Shown: piece after piece, positions 39,520 to 47,158 of the stretch
Position numbering within the stretch: position 1 is the first letter of the stretch
Layout of the letters: each line of letters begins with the position of its first letter
Source of the DNA: a virus
Lineage: Duplodnaviria > Caudoviricetes
Reading direction: 5' to 3' (one strand)
DNA length: 64,000 nucleotides
IMG/VR virus record: IMGVR_UViG_3300030708_002798
Program-made: the position numbers and the translations under genes
Notes under the pieces: model-generated
Seen by the model: the letters and a program-made list of their open reading frames with translations, nothing else
Database searches by the model: none
Told to the model about the DNA's origin: nothing

Positions 39520-39707
39520 TGATCGAGGAGAGAAATGTCGTAGGAAGTAAAGTTAGGGTATTGTTTTTCTACCCATTTTGATAACTTATTATTCTGTGAT
39601 TTAATTCCCTTCTTTGTCTTTGGTCTGGTTGGCATCACTTTGAGAAACGATAGATGTCCCTCATCCGTTGTTACTTGGATCTTCCAAGTTGCCGAAGTTG
39701 TATTCAT
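39516..39707 (-). CDS. Hypothetical protein
   Basis: 63 aa, ATGA overlaps. Confidence 0.65.
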   Translation of the reverse strand: MNTTSATWKIQVTTDEGHLSFLKVMPTRPKTKKGIKSQNNKLSKWVEKQYPNFTSYDISLLDQ

Positions 39708-39865
39708 CGAAAGTCCTTACACATTTCATCATAAGATGCACCAACAGGCAACTGTTTGCACATCCGTGTCATTTTGTTGTCTTGCATCTTAGAAACTGCA
39801 TCGATAGCATTGACACCAATTACAGTGCCGAAGATGACAACAATGGAAGCAAGTGCGATTCTCAT
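39704..39865 (-). CDS. Small protein with N-terminal hydrophobic helix (53 aa), not in ORF track
   Basis: MRIALASIVVIFGTVIGVNAIDAVSKMQDNKMTRMCKQLPVGASYDEMCKDFR. Confidence 0.6.
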   Translation of the reverse strand: MRIALASIVVIFGTVIGVNAIDAVSKMQDNKMTRMCKQLPVGASYDEMCKDFR

Positions 39866-40020
39866 TTTGAAATAGATTGACGGTAGACTTGAGCAACTTC
39901 TTCCCAGTGATAATCTTTCAGATCACCACACATCGACTCCATGTAGTCATAAACTTCCAACCAAGATGCATTGGTTGATTTGATGTAACCAGGAAGAGTT
40001 TTGAGAGCAGAGTTGAACAT
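39862..40020 (-). CDS. Hypothetical protein (52 aa), not in ORF track
   Basis: MFNSALKTLPGYIKSTNASWLEVYDYMESMCGDLKDYHWEEVAQVYRQSISK. Confidence 0.55.
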   Translation of the reverse strand: MFNSALKTLPGYIKSTNASWLEVYDYMESMCGDLKDYHWEEVAQVYRQSISK

Positions 40021-40031
40021 TGAGTTTGAAA

Positions 40032-40199
40032 TCATTTTGGTTGAACAATTTCGGCAGCATTATAGAGACCATCGGAAATGATCTGACGTGCTGAAGTGTT
40101 GGTCCAGAGAAGAATACCAACCCCACAAACTAACAAGAACTTCATGTGAATCTCTCGGTGTTGTTTGAGTGAACGTGGTTTAGAAAGTGAAGCAAACAT
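40032..40199 (-). CDS. Small membrane-associated protein (55 aa), not in ORF track
   Basis: MFASLSKPRSLKQHREIHMKFLLVCGVGILLWTNTSARQIISDGLYNAAEIVQPK. Confidence 0.55.
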   Translation of the reverse strand: MFASLSKPRSLKQHREIHMKFLLVCGVGILLWTNTSARQIISDGLYNAAEIVQPK

Positions 40200-40372
40200 C
40201 AGAGTTCTCCGTACTCCATGTAGGTGTGACCCAACCAGTCTTCCACAAATGCGTAAGCACCGTTGGATTCAACATGCATAGAATAGCACACATCTGCTGC
40301 TCTTTCAGAACCGTAAACGATTTCCCGTTCATCGAGAGCAGGGCAGGCAACGAGATAAGATCCAGTGGTCAT
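40199..40372 (-). CDS. Hypothetical early protein
   Basis: Start MTTGSYLVACPALDERE 59 nt from the cassette palindrome. Confidence 0.7.
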   Translation of the reverse strand: MTTGSYLVACPALDEREIVYGSERAADVCYSMHVESNGAYAFVEDWLGHTYMEYGEL

Positions 40373-40454
40373 GAGTGGTGTTCCTTTGACTCTTCTAAGA
40401 TACACGATCTAGAGTGCCGTGCCAGTTTCCTGTGCCACTCTGTCAACCGTCCCA
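40373..40454 (-). promoter_or_regulatory. Early palindrome/promoter cassette copy
   Basis: TGTGCCAC-N8-CCGTCCCA at 40431-40454; -10 TATCTT; GAGTCAAAGGAACACC leader. Confidence 0.75.
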
Positions 40455-40835
40455 GTGTTCATAACTCCATTTGTTATTTGTCACAGAATAGTATACATCT
40501 TTGATGCCACAATCTCTGAGATATGCTTCACAAACTGGGCAAGGTCTTGCCATTCTTAATTCATCATGATTATGTCCACCCAAACGTGCAACAATTATCT
40601 TATCACCATCCTCTCTTGCTTTTACTAATGCAGACAATTCTGCATGTAGAAAGATCTTCTGAGGTCGTCCTACTTTCTTTGCCCAATGTGCTTGAATTGG
40701 ATGAGTTTTGGTCTCATTGTTAGTAGCACAGACAATGACTCGATTCTTTTTGAGTAAAACAGCACCCACTTTCTTCTTGGAAGGTGATGATGCTGCGATC
40801 TCAGTTGCAAGTTTGAATAGATTTTCCATCAGCAA
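40443..40835 (-). CDS. Zinc-dependent cytidine/dCMP-type deaminase
   Basis: KVGAVLL...N...HAE...ARPCPVC...GIKDVYYS: the HxE/PCxxC deaminase signature. Confidence 0.85.
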   Translation of the reverse strand: MLMENLFKLATEIAASSPSKKKVGAVLLKKNRVIVCATNNETKTHPIQAHWAKKVGRPQKIFLHAELSALVKAREDGDKIIVARLGGHNHDELRMARPCPVCEAYLRDCGIKDVYYSVTNNKWSYEHWDG

Positions 40836-41302
40836 TCGTACATCTTATTGCCCTGGTAAGACATATTGTTGGTCATATCTTCACTGATACCTTCCCAGAA
40901 ATCTTCCCAGTCTTTTTCGTCAGCATCAGTCACATTACCTGTGATGCGAACAGAATTAGCATTTTGCCAGTCTTTCACAATTTCCTCATATGCTTTCTGA
41001 GTCCAACCATCATTATATGGTGATTTTGCTTGTACCTTTGCATCAGTGATAAATGCTGGTTCTCGTTGTTTCTTTGGAGTAAGTAGATCATAATCAAAAA
41101 TCATTTCTTCATCATCAGATGTTTCGATCAAATCTAGAATTGAAGCACACTTTCTCTCATAGTCTGAAAAATAGATATGAGCACTGCGAACTTCTTTGAT
41201 AATATCTCGAACTAAATCTTTTGCGGTTGCACTCTCATCCGAGATGTAATCAAAGATTGCATCATTCAATCTTTCACGACGTTGTTCTGAATACTCTTTC
41301 AT
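40829..41302 (-). CDS. Hypothetical protein
   Basis: 157 aa, includes a QAKSPYNDGWT motif. Confidence 0.7.
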   Translation of the reverse strand: MKEYSEQRRERLNDAIFDYISDESATAKDLVRDIIKEVRSAHIYFSDYERKCASILDLIETSDDEEMIFDYDLLTPKKQREPAFITDAKVQAKSPYNDGWTQKAYEEIVKDWQNANSVRITGNVTDADEKDWEDFWEGISEDMTNNMSYQGNKMYDC

Positions 41303-41520
41303 TGGAAAACTCCGAATAGTTTGGTTGAAGAAATTGCGAGCAAAAATGTCAGCATGATAACAACATCCCAGGATTTGGTTCTAATGAAAAATGGAATCGA
41401 GATCATGTCTGCAATGAAGTGCATTACAACCCCGATTGTCACATTTACATGAAGAACAACGAAATAGGCAAGGATAACCAGAATTGATCCGATTATCCTG
41501 CCCACAGTGTCAACAGGCAA
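41299..41520 (-). CDS. Small membrane protein
   Basis: Probable TTG start MPVDTVGRIIGSILVILAYFVVLHV...; three hydrophobic segments. Confidence 0.6.
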   Translation of the reverse strand: MPVDTVGRIIGSILVILAYFVVLHVNVTIGVVMHFIADMISIPFFIRTKSWDVVIMLTFLLAISSTKLFGVFQ

Positions 41521-41944
41521 GAGCACCTTCGGGAATAGTTTCCTGCTTTCCATAGTTATCATCCCAGGTACGAGTATTGTAGCAAGTCCATTCACCTTTG
41601 TGGTAAATGTAACCGTATTCTTCACCATTTTCGATGAATTGTGTGAGATTGCTGTCAATCCGAGGAGGGCAATCTTCATTCCTTCCACTGTAGTATTGTG
41701 GACCGTATTCTTCAGACTCTTTTTGCTCAGTCACATAAGGAGCAATTTGCTTACCAGTCCAACGATCTTTTGTCCAGATACATGAACAATCACCACCATC
41801 AATCAGTTCTGCAACTTTCTCTTTGGTGTTGTAATGTGTCTTCAAGATGCGACCAGTCCACTCAGGATAACCATCCCAGTGCTGATAGATGCTGAGAATA
41901 GAATCATCAGCAAGTTGAATACCAATGCGAGAACGTGTGCCCAT
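41510..41944 (-). CDS. Conserved hypothetical phage protein
   Basis: MGTRSRIG...SIYQHWDGYPEWTGRIL...LIDGGD.S...EEYGYIY: widespread phage family pattern. Confidence 0.8.
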   Translation of the reverse strand: MGTRSRIGIQLADDSILSIYQHWDGYPEWTGRILKTHYNTKEKVAELIDGGDCSCIWTKDRWTGKQIAPYVTEQKESEEYGPQYYSGRNEDCPPRIDSNLTQFIENGEEYGYIYHKGEWTCYNTRTWDDNYGKQETIPEGALAC

Positions 41945-41982
41945 GATGAGAAGAATGAGGTGAAAAATGAACGAGGTTGTTG

Positions 41983-42180
41983 TCAGTCCCAGTCGAAAGT
42001 TGGAATCTTTGCGAGTGCTTCACTCTGATACTTTTCAGAGTAGACACCAGCAATCCAAGCAGTTTCAACAGAGATAGGTGTCCCAGTTGCAGAATAGCAA
42101 CGTTGCTGGTCAGTTTGAACGTCACGACCAACCCACATGCGTTGACGAGTTTCGAGGCAGGTTGCTTGGGAAAAGATCAT
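41983..42180 (-). CDS. Hypothetical early protein
   Basis: 65 aa starting 59 nt from the cassette palindrome. Confidence 0.7.
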   Translation of the reverse strand: MIFSQATCLETRQRMWVGRDVQTDQQRCYSATGTPISVETAWIAGVYSEKYQSEALAKIPTFDWD

Positions 42181-42262
42181 TGGTGTGTCCCTTTGACTTC
42201 TATAGAATACCTCACGGAGAGACCCCTACAAGGGTCTCTGTGCCACTTGTTTCACCGTCCAG
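42181..42262 (-). promoter_or_regulatory. Early palindrome/promoter cassette copy with internal stem-loop
   Basis: TGTGCCAC-N8-CCGTCCAG at 42239-42262; hairpin GAGACCC-CTACAA-GGGTCTC at 42219-42238; -10 TATTCT; GTCAAAGGGACACACC leader. Confidence 0.75.
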
Positions 42263-43145
42263 GTGTATCCCATCGTTTTGGCATGTTGAAGTTATTCATG
42301 GAGAATACTTCCCGATCTACGAGTTTCAACGTGCGACCATCTTCCGAAGTGATAGTGAAACCTTCCTGCTTGATTTGCAGGTCTCCGATGTATGCTTTCG
42401 GACAATCTGTGATCTTGAAACTATCCATGAGATCCTCTTTCATCTCAATAACCATGAGATACAGACTCGCAAGATATTCATCATCAAGAATCAATGACAG
42501 CAATTCATGCGTCAGAGGTTTACCTTCACGGATGAAAGCATTGATGATTTTCTTACAAACTTCTGCACCACGTTTGTCCTGAAACTTGATAAGATCAACA
42601 TTCACATCTGGTGCCTGAGCACCACGCATCCAATCAACACATGGTTGCACCCATTTGACCTTTTGATTGTCAACAAAATGTTCTTTCAATGGATATGCAA
42701 TAGCATCCCGAAGATCACATGCAGCACAATACTCAGTGTGAGGTGCAACAATGAACTTTTGAGTTACAACTTCTGGAAACTCATAAGTGATAGTATTCTG
42801 GGTGAAGATAGTTCCTGCACCCCAACCCAAGAAATCACCTTGGAAGATTCTATCAGTGCGTGGAAGGAAGTTGTAAGCAAGATGCAGAATCTCTGCCATC
42901 TCGTCTTCATAATGCTCGTCAATCTCATCATGAGAGTGAGCAATACGAATCTTTTTCTTGTTGAATACTGCTTTGTTTCCAACAAAGAATTGTCCGTTGG
43001 CAGGATCTCTACCCCAAACAATAGCAATGCCATCCATCTTCACACTAGCATGTGTGAAATTGTAGAGAATATCGATGGCAGAAAGATCACCAGTCAGAAT
43101 GGTGTCTTCAGGATGTTCCTGGTGCTTGTTTTGCATGATCACCAA
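42252..43145 (-). CDS. DUF6267-like protein, ligase-type nucleotidyltransferase fold
   Basis: NKHQEHPED, SVKMDG (KxDG), FQGDFL, EGFTI, LKLVDR motifs. Confidence 0.65.
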   Translation of the reverse strand: MVIMQNKHQEHPEDTILTGDLSAIDILYNFTHASVKMDGIAIVWGRDPANGQFFVGNKAVFNKKKIRIAHSHDEIDEHYEDEMAEILHLAYNFLPRTDRIFQGDFLGWGAGTIFTQNTITYEFPEVVTQKFIVAPHTEYCAACDLRDAIAYPLKEHFVDNQKVKWVQPCVDWMRGAQAPDVNVDLIKFQDKRGAEVCKKIINAFIREGKPLTHELLSLILDDEYLASLYLMVIEMKEDLMDSFKITDCPKAYIGDLQIKQEGFTITSEDGRTLKLVDREVFSMNNFNMPKRWDTPGR

Positions 43146-43306
43146 ATCTCCGTGAATCGTTTGTGAGTTTTCTTGGTCATTCTACCTTCTGCGAGCATGT
43201 TGTCACATACTTTGCAGAAGACTTGAAACTTTTCTTCTCGGGTGAGAGTGTCTGCATACTCGCAATTTTTCATGATGCGGAGCATGTATGCCTTGGAAGT
43301 GATCAT
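43139..43306 (-). CDS. Hypothetical early protein (55 aa), not in ORF track
   Basis: MITSKAYMLRIMKNCEYADTLTREEKFQVFCKVCDNMLAEGRMTKKTHKRFTEIW; starts 58 nt from the cassette palindrome. Confidence 0.75.
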   Translation of the reverse strand: MITSKAYMLRIMKNCEYADTLTREEKFQVFCKVCDNMLAEGRMTKKTHKRFTEIW

Positions 43307-43387
43307 GTGTCGTTCCTTTGACTCTTCTAAGATACCGAAGAACAGAGTCGATTCCCAAAACCCTGTGACACTTGTCCTGCTGGCACA
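43307..43387 (-). promoter_or_regulatory. Early palindrome/promoter cassette copy
   Basis: TGTGACAC-N8-CTGGCACA at 43364-43387; -10 TATCTT; GAGTCAAAGGAACGACAC leader. Confidence 0.75.
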
Positions 43388-43815
43388 CCCTTTCTATCAG
43401 TTAAGTACCAAACATATAGTCTTTCTTCTTCTTCCCGTGCCTCAATTTCATGAGGTTGATGCTCATAATCGTAATTTTCCACGGGTTCTTGTGAATAACA
43501 CAATTTTCCACTTTTTAATTTGAGGGAACCTCGCACCCACTGTGCCATGTGGGTCAATTCATGCAAAAGTGTCTTAATATAATCTTCCTTGCTCATATAG
43601 CACTGCAATTCAATCAAGAAGTGTCGTGGACGGTAAGTGCTACCTGCCACATCACAATATCCAACAACGTGCTCTCTTTTCAGACCTTTGTGAATAATAT
43701 CCACGTCAATTTTGTGACGTGGGAAGAACTCACTCAAAAACCAAGAGGTAACATCCTCACAGAGGATTTTAGAATAACCGTATCCGTGATGAGTGATGTA
43801 AGACATGTGCCCCAA
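43327..43815 (-). CDS. HExxH metallopeptidase-like (SprT/zincin) protein
   Basis: TLLHELTHMAQW...QPHEIEA. Confidence 0.75.
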   Translation of the reverse strand: MGHMSYITHHGYGYSKILCEDVTSWFLSEFFPRHKIDVDIIHKGLKREHVVGYCDVAGSTYRPRHFLIELQCYMSKEDYIKTLLHELTHMAQWVRGSLKLKSGKLCYSQEPVENYDYEHQPHEIEAREEEERLYVWYLTDRKGVPAGQVSQGFGNRLCSSVS

Positions 43816-43864
43816 TGAAGAAACCAGATGAATGATGCAGTGAACAGAAGTTTTTCTTTAGATG

Positions 43865-44470
43865 TCATGAATAACTTTTGAAAAGCATAAACTGTGAGAT
43901 GCAGAACTTGCCATGCTTGCCAGGTGGGTGCTCTTGCATTTTAACAGGAGTCGATGCATGTGGCACCATGGATGGGAATATGATGACACGATTGTTAATA
44001 CATTCAATTTCTATGTCATAATCATCGAATCTAAGATCACCACCAGAAAATCGTTTGGGTTCTCTATAAAAATATGTCAGTGCAGTAAATCTTGTTGTGT
44101 CTACATGTGGTTGATATTCTTGCTCATCTTCATAGTATAGAATATGCGTCCAATGACAGTTAATCATTTTGGCATTATAGATCCAGTGGGGATGGTTGTT
44201 AATTATTTCCCCACTGTTTCCAAATATCTTTTCAGTAATCGTAAGGATACTAGAGTGTTCTCTCTTATTAAAAAATGGATCAAGATACTGGCATGGAACA
44301 TTTTTCAGTTCAATGCCAGCACTATTTCTACTATCTTCTCCTGCTGGTATCATTCTCCTAGGTTCTGTGAGATAGTCCAACTCGAACATCATCTCACTTC
44401 GTTCTTCTTCAGTATAGCAATCATCAATGATGATGTATGGTATCTCATCATTGATGTACTGTACGTTCAT
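43865..44470 (-). CDS. 2OG-Fe(II) oxygenase (prolyl hydroxylase-like)
   Basis: Start MNVQYINDEIPYIIIDD; YQPHVD..FTALTYF...FSGGDL...NNRVIIFPSMVPHASTPV. Confidence 0.85.
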   Translation of the reverse strand: MNVQYINDEIPYIIIDDCYTEEERSEMMFELDYLTEPRRMIPAGEDSRNSAGIELKNVPCQYLDPFFNKREHSSILTITEKIFGNSGEIINNHPHWIYNAKMINCHWTHILYYEDEQEYQPHVDTTRFTALTYFYREPKRFSGGDLRFDDYDIEIECINNRVIIFPSMVPHASTPVKMQEHPPGKHGKFCISQFMLFKSYS

Positions 44471-44637
44471 CGGAAAATGTAAAGAAAGAACGGGAAAGTA
44501 AGTAGTCCTAGGATAGCACCAAATCCAACAGGTGCTGGTGCAAATGCTAACATCCAAAAGATGCCACTAATTGCAGGAATTACAAGAGCAACAGCACCAG
44601 CATACTTCAGTGCTTTCACAATTTGTCGTTTGGTCAT
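44467..44637 (-). CDS. Small two-helix membrane protein (56 aa), not in ORF track
   Basis: MTKRQIVKALKYAGAVALVIPAISGIFWMLAFAPAPVGFGAILGLLTFPFFLYIFR. Confidence 0.65.
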   Translation of the reverse strand: MTKRQIVKALKYAGAVALVIPAISGIFWMLAFAPAPVGFGAILGLLTFPFFLYIFR

Positions 44638-44639
44638 GA

Positions 44640-44855
44640 TCACAAATCCAAATAAAGTTGTAGGTCAGTTTGAAACTCTTTGGGAACAAATACTACATCG
44701 ATCTCATCGTGTATGATCCATTCCCACCATTCTTCACACAATGGTTCAGATCTACTCTCATCATCTTCTCCATCTTCTTCCATAACTTGGTTGATTCTAT
44801 CCTTAAAATCAACCAGCAAAGTGTCAAGTTGGTCAGAGAGTTGCTTGTCCATCAT
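44640..44855 (-). CDS. Hypothetical acidic protein
   Basis: 71-aa ORF tiled in the operon. Confidence 0.6.
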   Translation of the reverse strand: MMDKQLSDQLDTLLVDFKDRINQVMEEDGEDDESRSEPLCEEWWEWIIHDEIDVVFVPKEFQTDLQLYLDL

Positions 44856-44857
44856 AA

Positions 44858-45409
44858 TCAGAAGTCCAGGTAAGTTTCGATTGCTTGGTCGATACTCTCG
44901 GAGAGAGATGTAGGAGGTTCGATAACATCAAACTCACCCAGATCACACTCGTAGTAGTCACCAAGTTTGAGTTCAATCATAGCACCGTCAGCACCATCTG
45001 TGTAAAGAGAACGTGCTTTCTCATCTTCAACAACAACCACACGACGAGCAGTAAGATCTACCACCAACATGTAGTCGAAAGTCTTCATCTGCTTGAAGTC
45101 TTCAACAGTCTTCTTCTCACTGAGAAAAGATTTGACCTTGAACTTTTTAGTGGCATGAATGTCCTTACGTTTGTAGAACAAATTCTTGCCCATCTTCATC
45201 TCGATCTTGTCATCACCATAGACAAAATCGTAACCAGTCTGATCTACACGGACGAGACCAGAATACTTAGCAAGTGCTTTCTCAACAGCAGTTGCACGGG
45301 CAAAGTTGTCAGCATTAGAACTGAAACCAGGATCGTTGTAGAGAGAATCAACTACACCGAAGACTTTGCTCCAGTTGACTTGAGATTCCAGGTGATCAAT
45401 CAGATGCAT
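44858..45409 (-). CDS. Putative PD-(D/E)xK nuclease-like protein
   Basis: Start MHLIDH; AVEKAL...GYDFVYGDDKIEMK (D...ExK), FDYMLVVD. Confidence 0.5.
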   Translation of the reverse strand: MHLIDHLESQVNWSKVFGVVDSLYNDPGFSSNADNFARATAVEKALAKYSGLVRVDQTGYDFVYGDDKIEMKMGKNLFYKRKDIHATKKFKVKSFLSEKKTVEDFKQMKTFDYMLVVDLTARRVVVVEDEKARSLYTDGADGAMIELKLGDYYECDLGEFDVIEPPTSLSESIDQAIETYLDF

Positions 45410-45617
45410 TGTTTTGATTGGGAAGGGTTTTGTCGATGATCGACTGCATATCACTCAAGGATTGTAGTTCCTTGAGATGCCAGGAGGAAAGGTTAGCAAT
45501 GGCAAAATTCATGCAGTGCTGAAGAACCTCGACTCCATCATCATACTCACAGAGTTCGACAAAGGTGTCTGTGAACCACTGTTCGTAATCTTTCTTTACA
45601 TTATCAGGTGTCTTCAT
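45396..45617 (-). CDS. Hypothetical protein
   Basis: 73-aa ORF. Confidence 0.6.
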   Translation of the reverse strand: MKTPDNVKKDYEQWFTDTFVELCEYDDGVEVLQHCMNFAIANLSSWHLKELQSLSDMQSIIDKTLPNQNNASD

Positions 45618-45768
45618 TTTTCACATAGGTTTCAGTGTACGCCAAGTCCCACAATTCTGTAAGAATTGCATCATACTGCTTGTAATCTGACCCATCTACG
45701 ATACTGTTCACCTGTTGTTTGCGAACAGCATCGAAGACAAGTTTCCACTGATGATGATCAAGATTCAT
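45604..45768 (-). CDS. Hypothetical protein
   Basis: MNLDHHQWKLVFDAVRKQQVNS... Confidence 0.6.
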   Translation of the reverse strand: MNLDHHQWKLVFDAVRKQQVNSIVDGSDYKQYDAILTELWDLAYTETYVKNEDT

Positions 45769-45940
45769 AGTCAACATCTTCCCAGTTGGCAATAGAAACG
45801 TCATGAACCAAATTTGAATTATCCTTCATCCACCTGTTTAACTCCATCTTACTATGAAAGTAACGATGACCATAATGATTCGGTGTCAATTTTGGTTCTG
45901 GTTTTAGTCTAACCAGATAGATTGTCGGTTTTTTGATCAT
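45758..45940 (-). CDS. Hypothetical protein
   Basis: Likely start MIKKPTIYLVRL overlapping the upstream stop. Confidence 0.55.
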   Translation of the reverse strand: MIKKPTIYLVRLKPEPKLTPNHYGHRYFHSKMELNRWMKDNSNLVHDVSIANWEDVDYES

Positions 45941-46314
45941 CACTTCATGTAAAGATAACCACCTGCCCAATCAGCATTTTCCAACAACCACTCACGATCT
46001 TTGATCAGGAGCAGATTGTAACGAACATGCTTTGCGGGTGCATTGATGCTAGCAGGTTTGTAGACATCACCCGTTTTCTTATCAATGAAGGCATGGATGG
46101 AACGAGAACCACCACCAGTCTCCATCATGAGACGATGATACTTACGTCCACCTTCTTGAATGAAGAACTTGTAATCACTGGTGCCACCATTGTTGCGACG
46201 TTTGAAGTTATCCAGCAGAGCATCACACAGCATAAGAGTATACTTGCGGATGTTGAGTTGAATCTCATTCCGTGCATCTTGGGTGGCAACGAAATCAGCA
46301 AACTCGGTGGTCAT
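45940..46314 (-). CDS. Conserved hypothetical early phage protein
   Basis: Start MTTEFADF; GRKYHRL...SIHAFIDKKTGDVYKPASINAPAKHVRYNL...DWAGGYLY. Confidence 0.8.
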   Translation of the reverse strand: MTTEFADFVATQDARNEIQLNIRKYTLMLCDALLDNFKRRNNGGTSDYKFFIQEGGRKYHRLMMETGGGSRSIHAFIDKKTGDVYKPASINAPAKHVRYNLLLIKDREWLLENADWAGGYLYMK

Positions 46315-46396
46315 GTGCTTTGTTTGAACTGAAGTCAGTATAAAGGTTGGGACATGCCCGTGCTCAGTCACCTGTGCCAGTCATTTTAGTGGCACA
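46315..46396 (-). promoter_or_regulatory. Early palindrome/promoter cassette copy (near-perfect palindrome)
   Basis: TGTGCCAG-TCATTTTA-GTGGCACA at 46373-46396; -10 TATACT. Confidence 0.75.
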
Positions 46397-46960
46397 GTGT
46401 ACGAACTTTGTCAGGGCAAATCTGTCAGTCTCCACAACTGGTGTGACCATATGTTTAACCCAACCAGGGAACATCACACATCGATTTGTTTTACTTTTGA
46501 TATAAAGATCGTGCTGTTCAAAGTAAAGATCTCCACCACCTCCAGTATCTTCCTGAAGTGTCCAGGAAACCAATACATTAACCCAACAATCTTGATGACT
46601 TAGATAGTCTTCTCCAGGTGCATATTTTCTTATCTTCGTATGATCTGAATCTGACCTTAATACTTGTTCCCAAAATTCATGATCTTTTGCTATTGATTCC
46701 CAAAATGGTAGAGTAAACAACCGTTTGGAACTGATTGATAAGATGTCTGAAACATTTCTATTGTTGTAAACATCATCTAAAGATAGACCAGTCGAATCGG
46801 ACAGATATGTCCCATCATCATTCTCTGCTCCACCATAAGATGAAGGATCACCAAACTTTGGGAGTAAGAAATTAAACTCCCTCATGATTAGTTCTAGTTC
46901 TTCATCACTGAAGTAATCATCGATGATGATATGTGGAAATGGAGTATCACTGATATTCAT
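46364..46960 (-). CDS. 2OG-Fe(II) oxygenase (prolyl hydroxylase-like)
   Basis: PFPHIIIDDYF, YLSHQD, GGGDLYF, NRCVMFPGWVKHMVTPV...R. Confidence 0.85.
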   Translation of the reverse strand: MNISDTPFPHIIIDDYFSDEELELIMREFNFLLPKFGDPSSYGGAENDDGTYLSDSTGLSLDDVYNNRNVSDILSISSKRLFTLPFWESIAKDHEFWEQVLRSDSDHTKIRKYAPGEDYLSHQDCWVNVLVSWTLQEDTGGGGDLYFEQHDLYIKSKTNRCVMFPGWVKHMVTPVVETDRFALTKFVHCATKMTGTGD

Positions 46961-47156
46961 CGTCTTGCTGATTCATAATATCTTGAACGGTGTCCATAAA
47001 TTCATCTGCATCAGATAGATTATCCAGTGCGTGAATCATTTCACCTAATGATTTCACAATAAATGCTTTCTCGTTTCTTGCAGCAAATGCTAATGCTTCA
47101 CGAAGGTGAGTTTGTGCTGAATCAATCTCACCCATTACTTGTTCTGATAATGCCAT
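46947..47156 (-). CDS. Conserved hypothetical protein
   Basis: MALSEQV...AQTHLREALAFAARNEK. Confidence 0.7.
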   Translation of the reverse strand: MALSEQVMGEIDSAQTHLREALAFAARNEKAFIVKSLGEMIHALDNLSDADEFMDTVQDIMNQQDDEYQ

Positions 47157-47158
47157 GT

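Noticed and set aside
41977-43166. Overlapping plus-strand ORFs (201, 139 and 219 aa)
   Set aside because: Antisense to well-supported minus-strand genes and a promoter cassette; no motifs.
33907-46396. Dispersed repeats considered as a CRISPR array
   Set aside because: Copies are degenerate, separated by whole genes (0.4-4 kb) and tied to start codons; no cas genes.
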